Shown here: positions 36,716 to 48,720 of the stretch, in pieces
Position numbering within the stretch: the stretch's first letter is position 1
How the letters are laid out: every line of letters starts with the position of its first letter
Source of the DNA: Malacoraja senta
Lineage: Eukaryota
Length of the DNA: 64,000 nt
Direction: 5' to 3'
Assembly (NCBI GenBank): GCA_038087875.1
Contig: JAXLNO010000338.1
Span: 124,001-188,000, forward strand
Translations under genes and position numbers: made by a program
The notes under the pieces: generated by a model
Databases searched by the model: none
The model's input: the letters and a program-made list of their open reading frames with translations, nothing else
What the model was told of the DNA's origin: nothing

Positions 36716-37698
36716 CTTCAGCAAGGCCCCACGTGGGTGGCTGGTCCATTAGGTTGGAAAACATGGGATCCAGGGTGAGCTAGTCAATTGGACACAAAGT
36801 TGGCTTGGTGGTAGGAGTCAGAGAATGGTAGTGCAGGGTTGTTTTTTTTTACATAGGAAGCCTGTGACCAGTGGTATGCCTCAGGGACTGATGCTCTGAT
36901 GTCATTCAACCACACACAGTGCTCTCAGACTGATTAATGATTTCAATTTGCAGAAATGAAAGAGATGAAGGAAAGAGAGATAGAGCTGAGGGATGAGAGA
37001 TGGAGAGATAAATAGATGGAGAGAGATAGGTAGATAGAGAGAGATATATAGAGAGATGGAGGGAGATAGGGAGATAGAGAGAGGGATAATGTGATTGATC
37101 CTTGTTAAGAGCAGAGCTGAAAATAGGTGAGGTGCCCTTGGGAAACAGCGTAGACACAGGATGTCTGGGGATGGCCATTTAATAAAGGGACTACACTATG
37201 AAGGAAAATAGATCAATGTTAAGAGTTCTCAAGCCAGATAAGCAAAACTAAGATGTGTTTTGTTATTCAGTCCCTGGATGAGTGGCAACTTGAATTTCTT
37301 GATTTTCTTTTCAGAGTTCAGACCTTGGATTAGAGTCTATTGTGCAACAAATCAGCTGAGCCCATGGACAGATTAATGGTTGCCTGTTCAACATTCTGTA
37401 CAACTGTAACATGACACCCCAACCCTAGTCCTCAGTACCATGGCTGAGGAAACATGGCATAGCATATACTCTGTGTAGGAATGAACAGCAGATGCTAATT
37501 TAAACCGAAGCTAGAGAGACTCAGCGGCAATATTTCTGGAGAGAAGGAATGGGTCACGTTTTGGGTCGAGGCGATTCTTCAGACATATATTCCCTTCACT
37601 ACCCTATCAAACTATGATGCCATTTTCAGGGAACTATGTAATTGTATACCAAGGTACAGCTCCATTTACAATCCTGCAATAGATTTGGCCAGCCCTGA

Positions 37699-38553
37699 TT
37701 CCGGAAGTGGCGGCGCTGTTGAGCAGCAGCTGCTCGCCTGCAGTCCGTCTGTTTTTACTTTTTGTTGTTGTTTTCTTTTGGCCTGTTTTAGTTAAATTTT
37801 AGTTTATTGGGTTGTGTACGTGTGGGGTGGGATGGGGGGGGGGGGGTGAAACATGACTTTTGTCTCTTCCTTCGGGGGAATGCGACTTTTTTTTGTCGTA
37901 TCCCCCTTCTCTGCCTCCGTCTGCGCCGAGGCCTAATGGCGGAGCTGCCGGCCTCCAACTCCAACTGCGACCGACGGACCTCGAGGCTCCGGAGGCAGAG
38001 CCAGGACTTACCAGCGCGGGGCTGGCCGGCTTCGGGGCTGCGGTGGCATTCCGGCGGTGGCGACCGAGGACGCTGGTGGCGACCTGAATCCGGAGGCTCG
38101 GCCGCGGGTCCGATGGACGACATCGTCGGGAGCTCGCAGGTCACAGGTGGGTGACCTGTTTTTCTGGGGCTCCCGCAAATACAGCTGCGTCCGCTGGACT
38201 GGAGGGCGGCAGCTTCAGCAGCTTCGGCCACACCGGGCCGCGGAGTTTGAACCGGCCCGTCGCGGAGCGGAGCACGGATTCAGCCGCGGGACTGACTTAC
38301 CATCACCCGGCGGGGTCACAATGTCAGAAGCCTGGATCGCCTCAGCGCAGAGGGAGAACAAAGAGGGAAGAGACAGAGACTTTAAAACTTTTGCCTCCAT
38401 CACAGTGAGGAGGTGCCTGGTGACCTCACTGTGGTGGATGTTAATTTGTGTTTATTGTGTGTTTTGTTATTTATTATATGTACGACCGCAGGCAACGAAA
38501 TTTCGTTCAGACCGAAAGGTCTGAATGACCATAAAGGAATCTAAGCATCTAAG
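37699..38553 (+). mobile_element. GC-rich non-autonomous retroelement, copy C (hairpin tail)
   Basis: Same architecture as copies A and B; tail TTCAGACC-GAAA-GGTCTGAA followed by (ATCTAAG)-type repeats. Confidence 0.62.
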
Positions 38554-38769
38554 TACTGCCGTTTGAGGGGCACAATTTGCAGGGGATATTGTTAATGTGA
38601 ATCAGTGTACTGGTTCATGATGCCTGTCGATTTGCTTCGTGATTATACACTCGTAAGGGAGCATATTTAAAAGTATTGCCGTTTGAGGAGCACAGTTTGC
38701 GGGGGAAATTGCTAATGTGGGTCGGTAGCTGGTTCAGTCTGCGGGATAAATGGTTAATGTCATCGGATA

Positions 38770-39476
38770 TACATAGAAACATAGAAAATAGGTGCAGGAG
38801 TAGGCCATTTGGCCCTTCGAGCCTGCACCGCCATTCAATATGATCATGGCTGATCATCCAACTCAGTATCCTGTACCTGCCTTCTCTCCATACCCCCTGA
38901 TCCCTTTAGCCACATTTAACTCCCTCTAAAATATAGCCAATGAACTGGCCTCAACTACCCTCTGTGGCAGAGAGTTACAGAGATTCACCACTCTCTGTGT
39001 GAAAAATGTTTTTCTCATCTCGGTCCTAAAGGATTTCCCCATTATCTTTAAACTGTGACCCCTTGTTCTGGACTTCCCCAACATCGGGAACAATCTTCCT
39101 GCATCTAGCCTGTCCAAACACTTAAGAATTTTGTAAGTTTCTATAAGATCCCCCCTCAATCTTCTAAATTCTACCGAGTACAAGTCGAGTCTATCCAGTC
39201 TTTCTTCATATGAAAGTCCTGACATCCCAGGAATCAGTCTGGTGAACCTTCTCTGTACTCCCTCTATGGCAAGAATGTCTTTCCTCAGATTAGGAGACCA
39301 AAACTGTACCCAATACTCCAGGTGTGGTCTCACCAAGACCCTGTACAACTGCAGTAGAACCTCCCTGCTCCTATACTCAAATCCTTTTGCTATGAATGCT
39401 AACATACCATTCGCCTTCTTCACTGCCTGCTGCACCTGCATGCCTACTTTCAATGACTGGTGTACCATGACACCCA
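38770..39476 (-). mobile_element. CR1 3' fragment
   Basis: ORF 38926-39495 carries the CR1 C-terminus; (TTTCTATG)n tail. Confidence 0.92.
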
Positions 39477-39719
39477 AACCTGCAGTATAACTCATTCAGG
39501 TCGTTGGTCAGCTGACGATTGTCCTAAGAGCGGGAGGCTTTCCTCTTTTAGCTGGTGATTTCTTGCAAGCCCTTGCAAACTGAAGATGATGTGCGGGGAT
39601 CACTGGTCGGTGCGGACCCGGTGGGCCGAAGGGCCTGTTTCCGGGCTGTATCTCTTATTAAAAAAAAAGACTGTGAGCGATCTACCCATGCGACCAGGAG
39701 ACCGGGAGAGGAATGGAGT

Positions 39720-41420
39720 AAGGAAGAAACAAACAATCTTCCTGATATAGTAGTGGCCAGAGGATCTGGGGTGACGGAGGAACTGAAAGAAATCCACATT
39801 AGGCAGGAAATGGTGTTGGATAGACTGATGGGACTGAAGGCGGATAAATCCCTAGGGCCTGGTGGTCTGCATCCCAGGGTACTTTAGGAAGTGGCTCTAG
39901 AAATTGTGGATGCATTGGTGATAATTTTCCAATGTTCCTGTGGATTGGAGGGTAGCTAATGTTATCCCACTTTTTAAGAAAGGCGGGAGAGAGAAAACAG
40001 GGAATTATAGACCAGTTAGCCTGACATCGGTGGTGGGAAGATGCTGGTGTCAATTATAAAAGATGAAATAACCGAACATTTGGATAGCAGTAACAGGATC
40101 GGTCCTAGTCAGCATGGATTTACGAAGGGGAAATCATGCTTGACTAATCTTCTGGAATTTTTTGAGGATGTAACTAGGAAAATGGACGAGGGAGAGCCAG
40201 TGGATGTAATGTACCTGGACTTTCAGAAAGCATTTGATAAGATCCCACATAGGAGATTAGTGGGCAAAATTAGGGCACATGGTATTGGGGGTAAAGTGCT
40301 GACACGGATAGAAAATTGGTTGACAGACAGGAAACAAAGAGTAGGGATTAACGGGTCCCTTTCATAATGGCAGGCAGTGACTAGTAGGGTACCGCAAGGC
40401 TCGGTGCTGGGCCCGCAGTTATTTACAATATACATCAATGATTTGGATGAAGGGATTCAAAGTAACATTAGCAAATTTGCAGATGATACAAAGCTGGGTG
40501 GCAGTGTGAACTGTGAGGAGGATGCTATGAGAATGCAGGGTGACTTGGACAGGTTGGGGGAGTGGGCAGATGCATGGCAGATGAAGTTTAATGCGGATAA
40601 ATGTGAGGTTATCCACTTTGGTAGCAAAAACAGGAAGGCAGATTACTATCTAAGTGGCGTCAAGTTGGGAAAAGGGGAACTACAACGGGATCTGGGGGTC
40701 CTTGTTCATCTGTCTATGAAAGTAAGCATGCAGGTACAGCAGGCAGTGAAGAAAGCGAATGGCACGTTGGCCTTTATAACAAGAGGAGTCGAGTATAGGA
40801 GCAAAGAAGTCCTTCTGCAGTTGTATAGGGCCCTGGTGAGAACACACCTGGCGTATTGTGCACAGTTTTGGTCCCCTAATTTAAGGAAGGACATTCTTGC
40901 TATTGAGGGAGCCCAGCGTAGGTTCACCAGGTTATTTCCTGGGATGGCGGGACTGTCATATGCTGAGAGAGTGGAGCAGCTGGGCTTGTACACTCTGGAG
41001 TTTAGAAGGATGAGAGGGTATCTTATTGAAACATATAAGATTATTAAGGTGTTTGGACACGCTAGAGGCAGGAAACATGTTCCCGATGTTGGGGGAGTCC
41101 AGAACCAGGGGCCACACGCAGTTTAAGAATAAGGAGTAAGCCATTTAGAACGGGGACGAGGTAACACATTTTTTCACAGAGAGTGGTGAGTCTGTGGAAT
41201 TCTCTGCCTCAGAGGGCGGTGGAGGCCGGTTCTCTGGATGCTTTCAAGAGAGAGCTAGATAGGGCTCTTAAAGATAGCGGAGTCAGGGGATATGGGGAGA
41301 AGGCAGGAACGGGGTACTGATTGGGGATGATCAGCCATGATCAATTGAATGGCGGTGCTGGTTCGAAGAGTCGAATGGCCTACTCTGGCGTCTATTGTCT
41401 ATTGTCTATTGTCTATTGTC
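39720..41420 (+). mobile_element. 5'-truncated CR1 (RT), disrupted
   Basis: LDFQKAFD, VPQGSVLGP, FADD; (ATTGTCT)n tail. Confidence 0.93.
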
Positions 41421-41997
41421 TACCACAGGTAACAGATTACTGACCGACATCTACTACAAACCCACTGACGTCCATGGCTATCTGGACTACACTGGCCACA
41501 TCTGCGCCCAGGATCAAGTGTTCCAAACCAGGGCATCGGAGGTGTCCTCATTCTTTAGGGAATGGGGTTCCCTCTTCTACTCTAGATGAGGCTCTTATCA
41601 GGGTCTCCTCTATATCCCGCAGCTACGCTCCCCCCCCCCTACTCGTAACAAGGACAGAGTCCCCCATGTGCTCACCTTCCACCCTACCAGCCGTCACATA
41701 CAACAGATAATCCTCCGACATTTTCGCCACCTCCAACGGGATCCCACCACTGGCCTCATCTTCCCATTCTCCAATTTCAGTGGTTTCTCCCTCCTTCCCC
41801 TTCCCAGCTCTCCCACAGCCTTCTGTCTCCGCCTTTTCCTTCCTTTATCCCGCCCCCCCACCCCAACTTCAGTCTGAAGAAGGGTCTCGACCTGAAACGT
41901 CACCTATTCCTTCTCTCCATAGATGCTGCCTCACCCGCTCAGTTACTCCAGCATTTTTGTCTACCTTCAATTTTCCAGCTTCTGCAATTCTCTCTTA
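41420..41997 (+). mobile_element. Internally deleted Penelope-like fragment with the best-preserved hammerhead motif
   Basis: TDIYYKPTD..GYLDY (PLE RT C-terminus); CTGAAGA-A-GGGTC-TC-GACCT-GAAACGTC at 41874-41901. Confidence 0.85.
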
Positions 41998-42306
41998 ATC
42001 CACTCGGTGGGAGTGTTGACCACAAATTGGACGGGCCTGCAGTGCGGCGGATCACCACACGGTGGGAGTGTTGACCACAAATTGAAGCGACCTGTTATGT
42101 GAATTCACTGCACATTGGGAGCGCTGTCCACAAATTAGATATTGTGCTCTCTACTGCAAAATGGTTCTTTATTGCTCTGTGACCCTTTACCTTTCCCCGT
42201 AATGCACACATTGCAAAGATGCCAAAGTTTGTAAAAGCCCTGAAACCAGCAGAGATTTGGTATGAAAATCACGGAACTACAGGTGCTGGTTTACAAAAAA
42301 ATAGAC

Positions 42307-43790
42307 AGTGCTGGAGTAACTCAGCGGGTCAGGCAGCATCTGTGGAGAACATGGATAGGTGACGTTTCGCAGAGTGCTGGAGTAACTCAGCGGGACAGGC
42401 AGCATCTGTGGAGAACATGGATAGGTGACGTTTCACAGAGTGCTGGAGTAACTCAGCGGGTCAGGCAGCATCTGTGGGGAACATGGATAGGTGATGTTTC
42501 ACAGAGTGCTGGAGTAACTCAGTTGGTCAGGCAGCATCTGTGGAGAACATAGATAGGTGACGCAGTTCACATACCTTCCAAACAGATCGACGGATGATGC
42601 GGTCTCACAGGTTCTGCACACCACTCTCTCTCACCTTGACAGCCAGGGGGGGGGGGCTATGTGAGGATTCTGTTCATTGATTTCAGTTCAGCTTTCAACA
42701 CCATAGTCCCCACAGACTGGCTGAGAAGCTGCTGGAACTGGGACTGGACACTCCCCTGTGTGCCTGGGTCCTGGACTTTCTTACCTGCAGGCCCCAGGTG
42801 GTCAAGATGGGGAGACATACCTCCAACCCCCCCACCCTCAACACAGGGTTGCGTCCTCAGCCCCCTACTGTACTCCCGGTACACACATGACTGTGTGGCC
42901 AGGTTCAGCTCCAACTCCATCAACAAGTTTGCTGATGGCACTGTGGTGGTGGGCCTGATCTCTGATAACGATGAGAAATGCTACCTGGAGGATGTGGCTG
43001 ACCTGCCACTCTGGTGTCACTCTAGTGAATGTCACTAAAACTAAGGAGCTGATTGTCGACTACTGTGGATAGGGTGAGCAGCTTTAAATACCTGGGAGTC
43101 CACATCACAGAAGATGTGACATGGACAACACACGCTGCCGCACTGGTGAGTAAGGCAAGGCAGCGCCTTTACCACCTCAGGCAGCTGAGGAAATTCAGAG
43201 TCTCTCTGAGGATCCTTCAGTGCTTCTACTCTGGGGCTGTGGAAAGCATCTTGTCCGGAAACATCACAATCTGGTTTGGGACCAGCTCTGCCCAGGACAG
43301 GAAGGCTCTGTAGAGAGTAGTGCGTTCGACCGAACTCACCATGGGAACTACACTCACCCCCCTGCAGGACCTATACACCAGGAGGAGCAGATCCAGAGGC
43401 AGCAACATAATGAAGGATCCCTACCACCCCAGCAACGGACTGTTCCAGTTGCTACGGTCAGGCAAACGCCTCCGCTGTCACGCTGTGAAAACAGAGAGGA
43501 TGAGACGGAGTTTCTTCCCACAGGCCATCAGGAGTGTAAACTCTGATCTCACCAGGGATTCATTTACTGCTGTGTTGTGTCTTTGTTTTAAATGTAAATA
43601 CTGGTTCTGTTCTGTTGTTCTGTTGTTTTACACAATCCCGCAGGCGTTGCCACCTTCCTTTCACCGTACATCTTGTTTGTGTGACAAATAAAGTTGACTT
43701 GACGTTTCACAGAGTGCTGGAGTAACTCAGCGGGTCAGGCACCATCTGTGGAGAACATGGATTGGTGAGATTTTGGGTTGGGAGCCTTCA
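42307..43790 (-). repeat. 66-bp tandem array derived from the PLE terminal module (units at 42307, 42373, 42439, 42505; resumes ~43705)
   Basis: AGTGCTGGAGTAACTCAGCGGGTCAGGCAGCATCTGTGGAGAACATGGATAGGTGACGTTTCACAG; more copies at ~44195-44285. Confidence 0.9.
42563..43699 (+). mobile_element. Rex1/Babar LINE 3' fragment
   Basis: RILFIDFSSAFNTI, QGCVLSPLLYS, KFADGT, QRLYHLRQLRKF; (GACTT)n tail; TGACG on both sides. Confidence 0.9.
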
Positions 43791-44285
43791 GACTGATTTC
43801 TGAGTGTAATTCTGTTTACTTCATGAAGGCAGTAGCAAGAATGAATTTGTCTCCTGGATAGATGTCCAGTTGTGTTTTAATTGGGGCACTTTATGAAGAC
43901 TAGTTTTCAGTTGATGACTAATTGTTATAATTAAGAAGACAGCAAGGAAATTAAAGTGGATCTACATTGTACTTGGTTGAGGAAAGTTAATGTGAACTAG
44001 TTGTTAACCACTTGTGTGAAATGGTTAATGTTAACTACCCTAATCACAGCTTGTTTATTATGAGTTCTTATGAAGGACTTTCAGGTGAAAGGAATCTGTG
44101 TGATGTGTGGAGTGGTCATTCATTGTACTTTGGACTGGACAGACAGTTGTAGAGATTTGTAAAGATATTTGGATGCTCTTGTTCAAAAGACACACAGTGC
44201 TGAAGTAACTCCGCGGGTCAGGCAGCATCTGTGGAGAACATGAATAGGTGATGTTTCACAGAGTGCTGGAGTAACCCAGCGGGTC

Positions 44286-44755
44286 ATAGAAACATAGAAA
44301 ATTGGTGCAGGAGGAGGCCATTTGGCCCTTCACGCCAGCACCTCCATTCATTGTGATCATGGCTGATCATCCCCAATCAATAACCCGTGCCTGCCTTCTC
44401 CCCATATCCCTTGATTCCACTAGCTCTATCTAACTCTCTCTTAAATCCATTCAGTGATTTGGCCTCCACTGCCATCTGTTGCAGGGAATTCCACAAATTC
44501 ACAACTCTCTGGCTGACATTTTTTTGTCTTAAATGGCCTCCCCTTTATTCTAAGACTGTGGCCCCTGGTTCTGGACTCGCCCAACATTGGGAACATTTTT
44601 CCTCCATCTAGCTTGTCCAGTCCTTTTATAATTGTATATGTTTCTATAAGATCCCCACCCCCTCATCCTTCTAAACTCCAGTGAATACAATCCTAGTCTT
44701 TTCAATCTTTCCTCATATGACAGTCCCGCCATCGCAGGAATCAATCTCGTGAACC
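44286..44755 (-). mobile_element. CR1 3' fragment
   Basis: ORF 44550-44744 and (TTTCTATG) tail. Confidence 0.88.
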
Positions 44756-45436
44756 TGGCAGCTCAGTCACTGAGGCCTGGCAGTACAATCACTCAGATCT
44801 GGCAGGCTGGCAGCTGAGAAACTGCCAGAAATTCTGCCCAAAACAGGTGACAGACTGTGAGTGAGAAGGGGGCGAGTGTGGACTGAATGGATTATTGGGC
44901 TGGCAGTTCAGTTACTTACGGCTGGTGGGCTGGCAGTTCATTTACTCACGGCTGGTGGGCTGGCAGTTCACTTACTCACGGCTCGTGGGCTGGCAGTGCT
45001 GTCACTCACGCCTGGTGGGCTGGCAGTTCACTCAGTCACCCCTCCTCCCTTCATCCCCCCACTCTGCCCCTTGCCATTCCCCTCCCCCCATGCATTCAGT
45101 GCATCTCCCCACAACCTTCCCGCATGCACTCATGTGGCTCTCCCACAGAGCAGCCATTCCTGCCCATTAGGTTCCCATTGTGATGAAGAACACACAGGCA
45201 TCAAAAGTGCAAAAAGGATGTATTAAAGTTTAAAATGCGAATGACTTAAATATAAGAACAATTTAAATGTTAAAGATGAGAATTATTAAGTTATTTCCTG
45301 TTGTGTCTCTTGTTGCTGCTCACTGCGTCGTTATGTCTCTTTGCTGTTGATTAAAAAAAGGCAATTTAAATATAGAGAGATTGAGCGTTCAAATTTTAAC
45401 AAAGAAAATCTGAGAATTTATCTCAGAAGTCATCAT

Positions 45437-45900
45437 TCAACGAAGCACGCTTTTAATGACAACATTCTTGGTCAATGTTCCATCCTTCAGGAAAACTTTG
45501 ACATTTCCCTTCATCTTTCTTCGGCTAAGAGACACATATAGTTGTCCATGCTGAAATACCGGTTTGTCGAGGTAGATCAACACCTTCTGCATTGTTTGTC
45601 CTTGTGCTTTATGGATCATCATAGCAAAACTTGATTGAATGGGGAATTGGATCCGCTGTAGGGGAATGTCTTCCCCTTCTGTTAAGTTGAGTGCAGACAC
45701 TGCTATCTGCTCAGCATTCAGCAGAGACCCATTATCCTCAACAAATTGCTGTTGTTCAGTTCTATCGTATTGCAATTCCTGCAGCAATTCTGGATTGTCA
45801 TCAGCAAGGTGCATCCTTCCATTTCTTGGTTGTGGCAAATTAAAGAATTCCATAGTTTTGTTGTAATTCTCAATCCTCTGGACTCGCTGAAGAATTTGTG
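45437..45900 (-). pseudogene. Helitron RepHel Pif1-helicase fragment
   Basis: LNAEQ fused to [21 protein letters not shown]...[13 protein letters not shown]...TKNVV. Confidence 0.88.
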
Positions 45901-46408
45901 CAAAACATTTTTTGAGGCGGGGGCTGTCGGTGTGGGGTGGGGGGTGGCAAAGGTCCTGCAGCTGAGGGGGGACGGCTTCAGGCGGGGGCTCTCGTGGGCT
46001 GATGAGGGAGGGGGGGTGTCCTGCAGCGGGGGATGGGGGCGGATTCAGGAGGGGAGCATCCTATAGCCAGGCGGAGGACAGCGTCTTGAGGTGGAGGATG
46101 TCAGTGGGGGGGGGGGGGGCAGTGAGCGACCTTCTCATGGCCTCTGGACTCACTCACTGCCTTGGGACTAACTCATGGACTGGACTGACTCAATCACTCA
46201 CTCATGGCCTCTGGACTGACAGACTGAATCACGGCTTGTAGACTGACTGACTTATGCCCGACTTCTGGAGTCACGTCCGAATTTTGTAAACTGAAAACTG
46301 TAATATCCACATTGAGGAACAGCTTCTTCCTGATAGCCATCAGGCTATTAAACATAACGAATAAGCTCTGAACTATGAAATAGTATATTATTTGTACTAT
46401 TTGTTGAT

Positions 46409-46634
46409 CACACACATACCCTCCACGACACAGACACACACACACAGACACACACACACAGACACACTCACAGACACACGCACAGACACTCACAGACACA
46501 CTCATACAGACTGACACTCGCACGCACACAGAGACTGACACTCGTGCACACACACAGACACACACAGACACTCACACAGACACTCACACAGACACTCACA
46601 CAGACTGACACAGACACTCACAGACACACAGACA

Positions 46635-46679
<45 letters not shown>

Positions 46680-46886
46680 AGACACACACACACACACACA
46701 CACAGGCACTCCCACTCACACTCTCACACACACACAGACACACACACACAGACACACACACAGACACACACAGACACACACACACAGACACACTCACAGA
46801 CTCAAAGACTGACACTCGCACTCACACAGAGACTGACACTCGCGCACACACACACACACACACACACCGACACACACACACACACA

Positions 46887-46952
<66 letters not shown>
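46409..46952. repeat. (CA)n-rich microsatellite
   Basis: Direct reading. Confidence 0.95.
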
Positions 46953-46954
<2 letters not shown>

Positions 46955-47079
46955 TATAGGGAGGTTCCATGGCAGTCGGGTCACGACCCGTGACCCATAC
47001 TGTTGCTACGCCAACTGGAGTACACGCGATGAAGTGCAGGTAAGCACTGACCATTGCGGGCCCGTTAAAATCCGCCGAA

Positions 47080-47299
47080 ATGGTTAATTTCTGCGCTGTA
47101 AATAATTATGGAAATCGGGATAAGCGTGAGAGACATTTAGCCTACTTCAGAATTCCAAAAGTGAGGAGAAATGACGGTAGATAGAAGCGAGAGCTGAAGG
47201 GACAACAACAGCCAAAGTACTTGGCGAACATTGGCCGTGCAGATATCGAGATTGAAAATATTGGGAACTATCGCGTTTGCTCACTGCATTTCATTAACA
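47080..47299 (+). pseudogene. THAP (C2CH) domain relic with one in-frame stop
   Basis: MVNFCAVNNYGN...YFRIPK...*...NYRVCSLHF. Confidence 0.75.
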
Positions 47300-47729
47300 G
47301 TAAGGCATTATTTGTGTTTTTTGTTGATTCCTTTGGCATCTAAAAAGTTTCAGAAGTGATAAATCTGGTATAAAACTTTTAAATCGCCCATGGTTCTCAA
47401 GTGGGTTTTTACATTAAAAAAACGCCTCTGAAGCAAAATTTATCATTAAAAAAATCGCAAACCATACGTGGGTTTTGAAGTACATTTTACTCAGATGCAA
47501 GCCAAGGAATGGCCTAATTGTTAGCTGTTAATTGGACATAATCAACCTCAGCAAATTGACAATATCCTATTGAAAGGGAGTGGGAGTTTAAGCTGTCAGG
47601 ATATTTTATTATTTGCCAAAACATACATCTCAATAGCATAATGATAGACTTACTTTTCCACACATCACTCATGTGTGGAAAAGTAAGATTTTTTAAAATG
47701 ATAAATTTAGCTTCAGAAGCGTTTTCAAT

Positions 47730-47865
47730 TTTAGCTGTTGTTCTCCCTTCAGCTCTCGCTTCTCTTTACCTTCATTTCTCTTCACTTTTGGAATTCCGAA
47801 GTAGGATAGATGTCTCTCACGGTTATCCCGACCTCCACAATTATTTACAGCGCAAAAAGTCACAC
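47730..47865 (-). pseudogene. Inverted partial THAP copy
   Basis: FCAVNNCGGRDNRERHLSYFGIPKVKRNEGKEKRELKGEQQ. Confidence 0.72.
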
Positions 47866-48291
47866 TTTGCAACCAATACATTTTCTGAAAACATTTTTTT
47901 TAAAGACAAGACAAACAATTTTGCAAACTTTTACATCCACATCGAGGGGATTCACCGTTGAGTAGACGTGTGCTCAGTGTTATTCACAGCTCAGAGAGCC
48001 GTGACCCTCTCGCTTCCTCCATCACGCATAGACTGAGTGAGGCACGACACTTCCGGGTATTAAAGTCCCCCCTGCCGCCAGCGGGGGCAGCAGAGAGAAT
48101 GGTGACATTTTTTAAAACATTAATAACTCTCCGAATTTTCATCTATGGGAAAAAACCTTTGGTCCAGCTCAGCGGAGGGGGGTTCTGAGCGAGGTGGCCA
48201 AATATCACGGCCGTAAGTGGCGGCGTTCTTTCAGAAATCACGAAACAGTAAGTCAGAAAGTGGTCAAGATCTTAGTTTTAGTAATATAGAT

Positions 48292-48720
48292 GTGGGACAG
48301 TGGCCTGAATTGCTTTGGGAAATACTGACATGCAGAAGGTTTGTTTACACAATGCATTGAATTGGATTTGTTTAATAGCAAGAAGACGTGAGTGAGTGAA
48401 CAGTGAGTCCGCAAGCCGTGAGTGAGTGAACTGTGAGTCTGCAAGCCGTGGCTGAGTGAACTGTGAGTGCACAAGCCATGGCTGAGTGAACCGTGAGTCC
48501 ACAAGCCGTGGCTGTGTGAACTGTGAGTCCACAAGCCGTGGCTGTGTGAACTGTGAGTCCACAAGCCGTGGCTGAGTGAACTGTGAGTCCACAAGCCATG
48601 AGTGTGTGTGAACTGAGTCCGCAAGCCATGACTGAGTGAACTGTGAGTCCACAAGCCATGACTTGGTGAACTGTGAGCCCACAAGCCATGACTGAGTGAA
48701 CTGTGAGTCCACAAGTCTAG
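48292..48720 (+). mobile_element. Helitron-like 3' end with 30-bp tandem array (~11 copies, 48388-48715)
   Basis: GGCTGAGTGAACTGTGAGTCCACAAGCCGT units ending in CTAG^T at 48717-48721. Confidence 0.6.

Larger units (their letters stand above)
44756..48290 (-). mobile_element. Helitron, internally deleted; 5' TC terminus at 48290, 3' end not seen
   Basis: Minus-strand A^TCTATATTACTAAAAC start; Pif1 helicase fragment; 30-bp subterminal repeats at ~44897-45035. Confidence 0.6.

Noticed and set aside
38401..38432. CACAGTG/CACTGTG as V(D)J RSS heptamers
   Set aside because: No nonamer at 12/23 spacing; part of a hairpin shared by the GC-rich repeat family.
42001..42562. CRISPR-like appearance of short repeats
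   Set aside because: Eukaryotic context, no cas genes, and the 66-bp units are contiguous with no unique spacers.
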